Part shown: positions 39,301 to 45,300 of the stretch, piece by piece | Numbering within the stretch: the stretch's first letter is position 1 | How the letters are laid out: the number at the start of each line of letters is the position of its first letter | Assembly (NCBI GenBank): GCA_903813345.2 | Contig: CAIIXF020000001.1 | Span: 37,820,001 to 37,884,000, forward strand | Reading direction: 5' to 3' | Source of the DNA: Owenia fusiformis | Lineage: Eukaryota | DNA length: 64,000 bases | Translations under genes and position numbers: made by a program | Notes under the pieces: model-generated | What the model was told of the DNA's origin: nothing | What the model saw: only the letters and a program-made list of their open reading frames with translations | Database searches by the model: none

Positions 39301-42300
39301 AACTACATATTTACTATCTGGGTTACTGGCAATACCATTTACTTCTTCTAGTTTCAGCTCTGCAGTTTGCACACCGATGCAGTAAATTATTATTCCATCG
39401 GCTTTTGCGGCACTTGCAAGTGGAACTGGGTCACCAGTTTTAGCAGCACCATCAGTTATGACAATGGCAACATCTTGTACGCCTTCTCGATTTCCACGAG
39501 TTGGTGAACTATATATTTCTCTCATCGTCGATATACCTGCTATGGTGTCTGTTGACCCAGCTTCATAAGCTATTTCATTAATGGCAGCTATAACTGCTTC
39601 ATTTGTGTTGTAGTCATTTAGATCAAATTTCAAGGAGGCACCATCAGAAAATGACAGAGCAGCAACTCGTATACCATCATCACCTATGTTCATGTCTGAC
39701 ACAACATCCTTCACAAAATTGAGAACCAGTACGTAATTGTCCTCACCAATACTTCCAGAAGCATCAATGACAAACACGACATCAAGACGTCCATCAGCAC
39801 AATCTTAAATTCAACAAAAATATTGTGTCAATGGTATTATTAATTTAATAGTCATAAAAGAAGTTTCAATCAACTAGTATGGTAAATGGATAAGAAACAA
39901 GTGAAATATTTACTATACGTTGTTGACATACCTATTGTTTGGATGCATGACTTCTCAGCAATGGTTTCTGCTATCGTTGATAAACCTGAGAAATCGTCAA
40001 CAACTGACGCATAAATGTCTGTTGGTTCGCTAGCTATGCCATTTACTTCATCTATGTTAAGTTCCGCTGTTTTTATTCCAATAGCAAACATTACAACACC
40101 AGCAGCTTTAGCTGCGTTTGCTGCTGGTATCGGATTTCCAGTTTTTGCAGCTCCATCGGTAACCACTATAGCAATATCTGGAACGTTACTTCTATCACCA
40201 TTTGCCTCTTGGAACATGTCACTCATTAGACTTTCTAGACCCTCTTTTGTGGCTGTGGAGCCTGCGTTATAAGGTAGGTTACGCAGAGCAGAAATAACAT
40301 CTTCTCGATTTGTGTATCTATTCAAATGGAATATTACTTCAGCCTCATTATGGAATATAATTGCAGCCACTCTGGTCTGATTCGAACTGATGTCTAGTGT
40401 AAATGCTATATTCACAATGAAATCCCTAATGAATTTATAGTTTTCTTCTCCAACACTACCAGATGAATCAATCACAAAAACGACATCAGACGTCCCTCTA
40501 CATGCTGCAAAAATAATTATTCATCATAATATGACATTTGAATCAAAATGGCTCCATTAATAAAATTGTAATTAACATATAAGAAAAAAACTTTGCAATA
40601 AATGTAGAAATTTAAATAGAAACACGAAATTATTCCATAATTATCCAATGAAGAATGAAAAAAGCCAGCGTCGCCAATTCTATCTATTTACAAAACAGTC
40701 AAAGACACTTACATATTTCAGGTACTGTTGTTGTAGGTGCTGGTGTGGTAGTCGTTGTACTAGTTGTCGTTGTAGATTCTGTTGTCGCTAAAAGTATTTT
40801 CCAAACAATTAATGTGAATTCATTTTGAAAGTATTGTTATCTTATATATTACTGCTCATATACTGGTATACAGGTCAAAAAAAAATTTAATTTGTTAATT
40901 GAACACAAACCTTTAATTTTCCTCTAAAATGCAGCAAAATGTTACTGAGCACTGTTCCGTCACTTATCTCTCTGATGTAAAGTTTATAGGAGCAGACCAC
41001 AAAGTTAATGCATTAAACCAGTCAATATTTGATATGACCCCCTTTTTCTTAAATATACACTTGTCAATTTCGCAGCTGCTTTTTCAAGTATTCTTTATTT
41101 CAAAGCTTTAATGAACATGTCGATTGCTATACATTGATATTTTGTTGACATGAGGTATTAGCGTATATGGTTTACTGGAAAACTGTTGTGTTATTGTCAA
41201 CTTAAGAATACCCAAAATCATTGTTTTTATTTAAGAGTAGGAAAGAAAGAATATGTCAGAGGTGAGTGATTGAACTGAACTGAACTGAAATACAGCTACT
41301 AAACTGACACAATCATTGTTTCCACTTTTCAGTAGAGGGGAAACGGACCAGTTATTTACAAGGCTTTATTAAAGACCATCTCTAAGCACATATTATATAT
41401 CATTTGTGTTCCGAGAAACTCCCTTTATGATATTGATATACATATATTGATACATTCAATGAATATTGTTTATATTAGAACAAGAAAGGGAGTGTTCATT
41501 TACCGGTCAAAACAGACTGCCCTAGCCGCTTTCTGGAGAATATTCAATTAGTAATATATCCAACAATAGCCATCAAAATATGCTTGATACCCATTAATTT
41601 GGGTAAAAAAATGTTGAATATGTAAGTAGTTTGTTCACGCTGAGTTTTTTAATCAAGATGGCTTTGACAAAATCAAACGAACAGCCAAGTGAATGAATCA
41701 TTTCAAAACTGAGTCCCAGGCTTCAACTTGTAATTCAGGAGAAAATGGGTCATATCTAACATTCTCTAGTTTAATGCATTAACTTTGATGTTTGCACCTA
41801 TAAACTTTACATCAGATAAATAAGTGATTGTACAATACTCAGTAAAATGTTGGTGCATTTTAGAGAAAAAACGTCGATTTGAGTTCAATTATCAAATGTT
41901 CCTACTTTTTGGACCACCCTGTATATAATAATAATGTGCGTTTCAGTATTTAGCAATATTTAAACAATACAATTGAAGGTCAACCCATTGATTTATCTAA
42001 GTCAATACGTCTGACCAAGTAGAGGCGTTAACATTGAGTCAAGCACCACTGACAATTACAATGCGTCAATAACGATATTTGATTTGCATTGATGAGCGTT
42101 TATATAATATCAAGCAGTTAAATAATATAACGACGGTTTCTTTGAGAGAGGAAATCCGTAGAATTTATGATTGTCTCCATTACATGTGGATTTTTCGCTA
42201 TTTCAATAAATTGCCATCTCCCTTTTCCTGATGCAATATGTTTCTATTTTTTATAATAAACATTTATATTACTACATTTGCATTACTTCATAATACCATG

Positions 42301-45300
42301 AATCCATACACCAAATATTTACCACAATTTGAGACCCAAATCCCATGGGACATTTACTTATGCTTTGACTGAAAACTTATGATTTTCACCATTTTTTATA
42401 TTTCATTTCATTATTACCCTATTGAAAGGTGACAAATACAGTAGTTTGGAGAAATTTAGGAACTACATGCACATATACTGGTTAATCTCATTGTTTGCAC
42501 CGTATATGACTTGCAATTGGTAACAATCATGAGTATTACATTTTATCTTAAATTAACCGGCATGACATTGGATACCCTACTTCGTGAATTGATTGTAATA
42601 GACCTTTATTGCTATGTATGCTCCTCCTATCACATTCCCTGTATATATTCAGGACATGTAGCATTTGTAATAAGAAGAGATGACTCGATAGACTCGAATG
42701 CCTTAAAGATTTGGAACCATTTGTTGGTTTCAGTACATCACAAGACTTTGTTTGGATTAGTGTGAGATATCATATTCTTTCTCGCAACTCGCAACTCTGG
42801 GCAAGGTCAAATATCAAATCTGATTCTCTTCGGAGAAATGATTTTTTGATCGGTCAATGTATCAAGGGCATGGTCTCTCTATTTGGACAAGTAAGTCTGT
42901 ACCAAATCTTCAAGGGATTTGAGCTTCTGCTGAGAGCTTTGTCATTTCTTAATTGAACATTTTCATGCCCTGAACGTATACAATAAAGAAGATAGGAAGA
43001 GCAATAAGAAACACTTATGGATTCTGTATGTTCAGAATTCTTAATGGCTTTCTGGGAGTCCCATGTTATTTCTTGAACGCATAACTCATTCCATACTTCG
43101 TCAACATCTTTCAATTTTGCACTGAGAACATATATGTACCTAGATTATTATGTGAAGGTACATATTCTTCTATAATGTATGAAAATTCAGAAAATTCAGT
43201 GACCTACTTTTCAAAATACAATAAACGCAGGTCACTTAATTTTCCCCTTTTTCCTGAATGTTTAATGAACACAAAGGTATGTTTATGCACTTTTGTGCAT
43301 CTGAATGGAATGAGTTATGTGTTCCTAAAAATAACAAAGGGCTCCAATTAGGAAGACATTAAAACTGAAAATAAGGAACTACCTTAAAGTACTATATATC
43401 ACCACCCTCCACAAGTCTATGGTTGAAGCATGGTATGTAAATTTCCCATGGAATTCAGGTCTAAAGATTTGGTACATATTTTATGTGTTGGTTCCTAGTA
43501 TTCAGAACAAGCATAGTATGTCAATATTAACAGAGATGTTGATCTATTGAAAATAGGAGAAATTCACAGAAAATCACGAACTTTAGGTTGAAGCAAGGGT
43601 AAATTTCCAACGGGATTTGGGTGTCAGAATTTGGTGCATATTTGGTGTTTCAGTTCCTAGTATTGAGTCCTCCAAAAATGTTTATTATAAAAAATATAAA
43701 CATATAATACCCTGAAAATGAAGAGGGCATTTTATCAAAAATAGCGAAAAATGATGAAATATCACACTTTTTCAGTCGAAGCGTGGGTAAATTTCCCATG
43801 GGATTTGGGTCTCACAATTAGGTGTGTAGGTTTTTTAGGTCACAGTAAGTCAAATGAGGAAGATAATCCGAAACAACGTTGGTTTCGCCCTATTTTGGAC
43901 CACCCTATTGTTCATTCAAGTTATGTACTCCTCCCTTTTAAGAGGATAGGACGGAGCGTAGCGTCCTGAATGAACTCGTCACTACTATCACCTAGTGTCC
44001 AGATTCGCCGATAATTGGTTTCATAATCTCCGATCAAACTCATTAAATATTTCTAATTCCAGCTTGCCAGACAATAGAACCAACCAATACTGGTCGACTA
44101 GCGTAGGATTATCAAACCCGAGTGGGTATGTATCTAGTTGAAAGCCCATGGTCAAATCTCGAACCTCTACCGACTAATTTAATTGAATTGTGCAAACCGT
44201 TTCTTTAATCGCAAATTATGTTAAAATTACTTTCGAACGCATGGCGTGGCAGACTCCATAAAACATCCCAAATGTATGAGTAAAAGTATATGTTTATGTA
44301 TATGATTTAATTAGCGGTTATGTCACTATCGTGGCATATATGCCCGAGGTCTCAGTGATATATGGCCCGACCTTGGGAGGGACATTGATCTCTGAGAACC
44401 GAGGGCATATGTGCCACGATAGTGACATAAACGATTTATAACATACCTATGATGATGTAGACTGGTCAGAGAGAACCGTTTTCTTATAGAATTGACAGAC
44501 AAATGGTTAGAAAATGATTGAAATGAGTTTAGAAAATTTGCTCGTGCAGTTTTATCTTCGATTGATTGGTTATGACGTCAGCCCCTTGACCAATCAGAAA
44601 GTTAGCGGGCGCGGGCTTTTCAAAACTTATATTGGCCCGCTATCTTGTGAACACTTTGCACTATACATCATCATAGGTATGTTATAAGTTAACAATATTA
44701 TACCATAGGTTGCTTTCAAGTCTTACACTAACAAGTGCTTTCTCTGACATCAAACTGACAGACTGAGGGTAGGTATTAGCAGAGACATTAGGTAGCAATA
44801 ACATGAGAACATTTTCTGAAACTTCTGAAAATTATTTCAAACGTACATCTCGCGAATTAAGTGTTTGTGAAATGATGCCAGTTTTACTTACTTTCTGCAC
44901 CACATGTATCACCAGACAAAGTTGACACTATGGTAGATAATCCTCTAAAGCTGTCAACAAGTACTACATACGTGCTATCTGGGTTACTTGCTATTCCATT
45001 CACCTCATTTATGTCCAGCTCATTAGTCCGTATCCCAACACAGAATATAATGATACCCTCATTTTTGGCAGAATTAGCAGTCGGAACTGGATCCCCTGTC
45101 TTTGATGCACCATCTGTGATAACAATGGCAACTGGTACGGCATCGTTACGTTTATCTCGTTTAAACATTGTTATCATCAGTTCAAGACCAGCGATAGTGT
45201 CTGTTGACTGAGCAAGATGTGGTATGTTTTGAATTGCTTGTTTTAATCGGCTTGTGTTTTTGTAATCAGTTAATCCAAATATTTCTTGAGCACCACTAGA

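Larger units (their letters stand above)
5362..40504. repeat. Intragenic tandem array, 1,885-bp unit (A exon, B exon, Thr exon and three introns); 13 A + 12 B + 12 Thr exons; interrupted at 8405-20349
   Basis: ORF coordinates recur every 1,885 bp (one 1,886 step); units differ by only scattered single bases. Confidence 0.97.

Noticed and set aside
5445..40272. Recurrent plus-strand 85-aa (MSVGSLAMP...) and 77-aa (MVCSFNYS...) ORFs in the array units
   Set aside because: Antisense shadows of the VWA exons; they recur only because the DNA is duplicated
5362..40504. Dscam-like mutually exclusive exon or diversity-generating cassette system
   Set aside because: Units are almost identical and each carries a full A-B-Thr set in series; no hypervariable region or template-repeat/variable-repeat pair; the nearby RT is an ordinary DIRS enzyme
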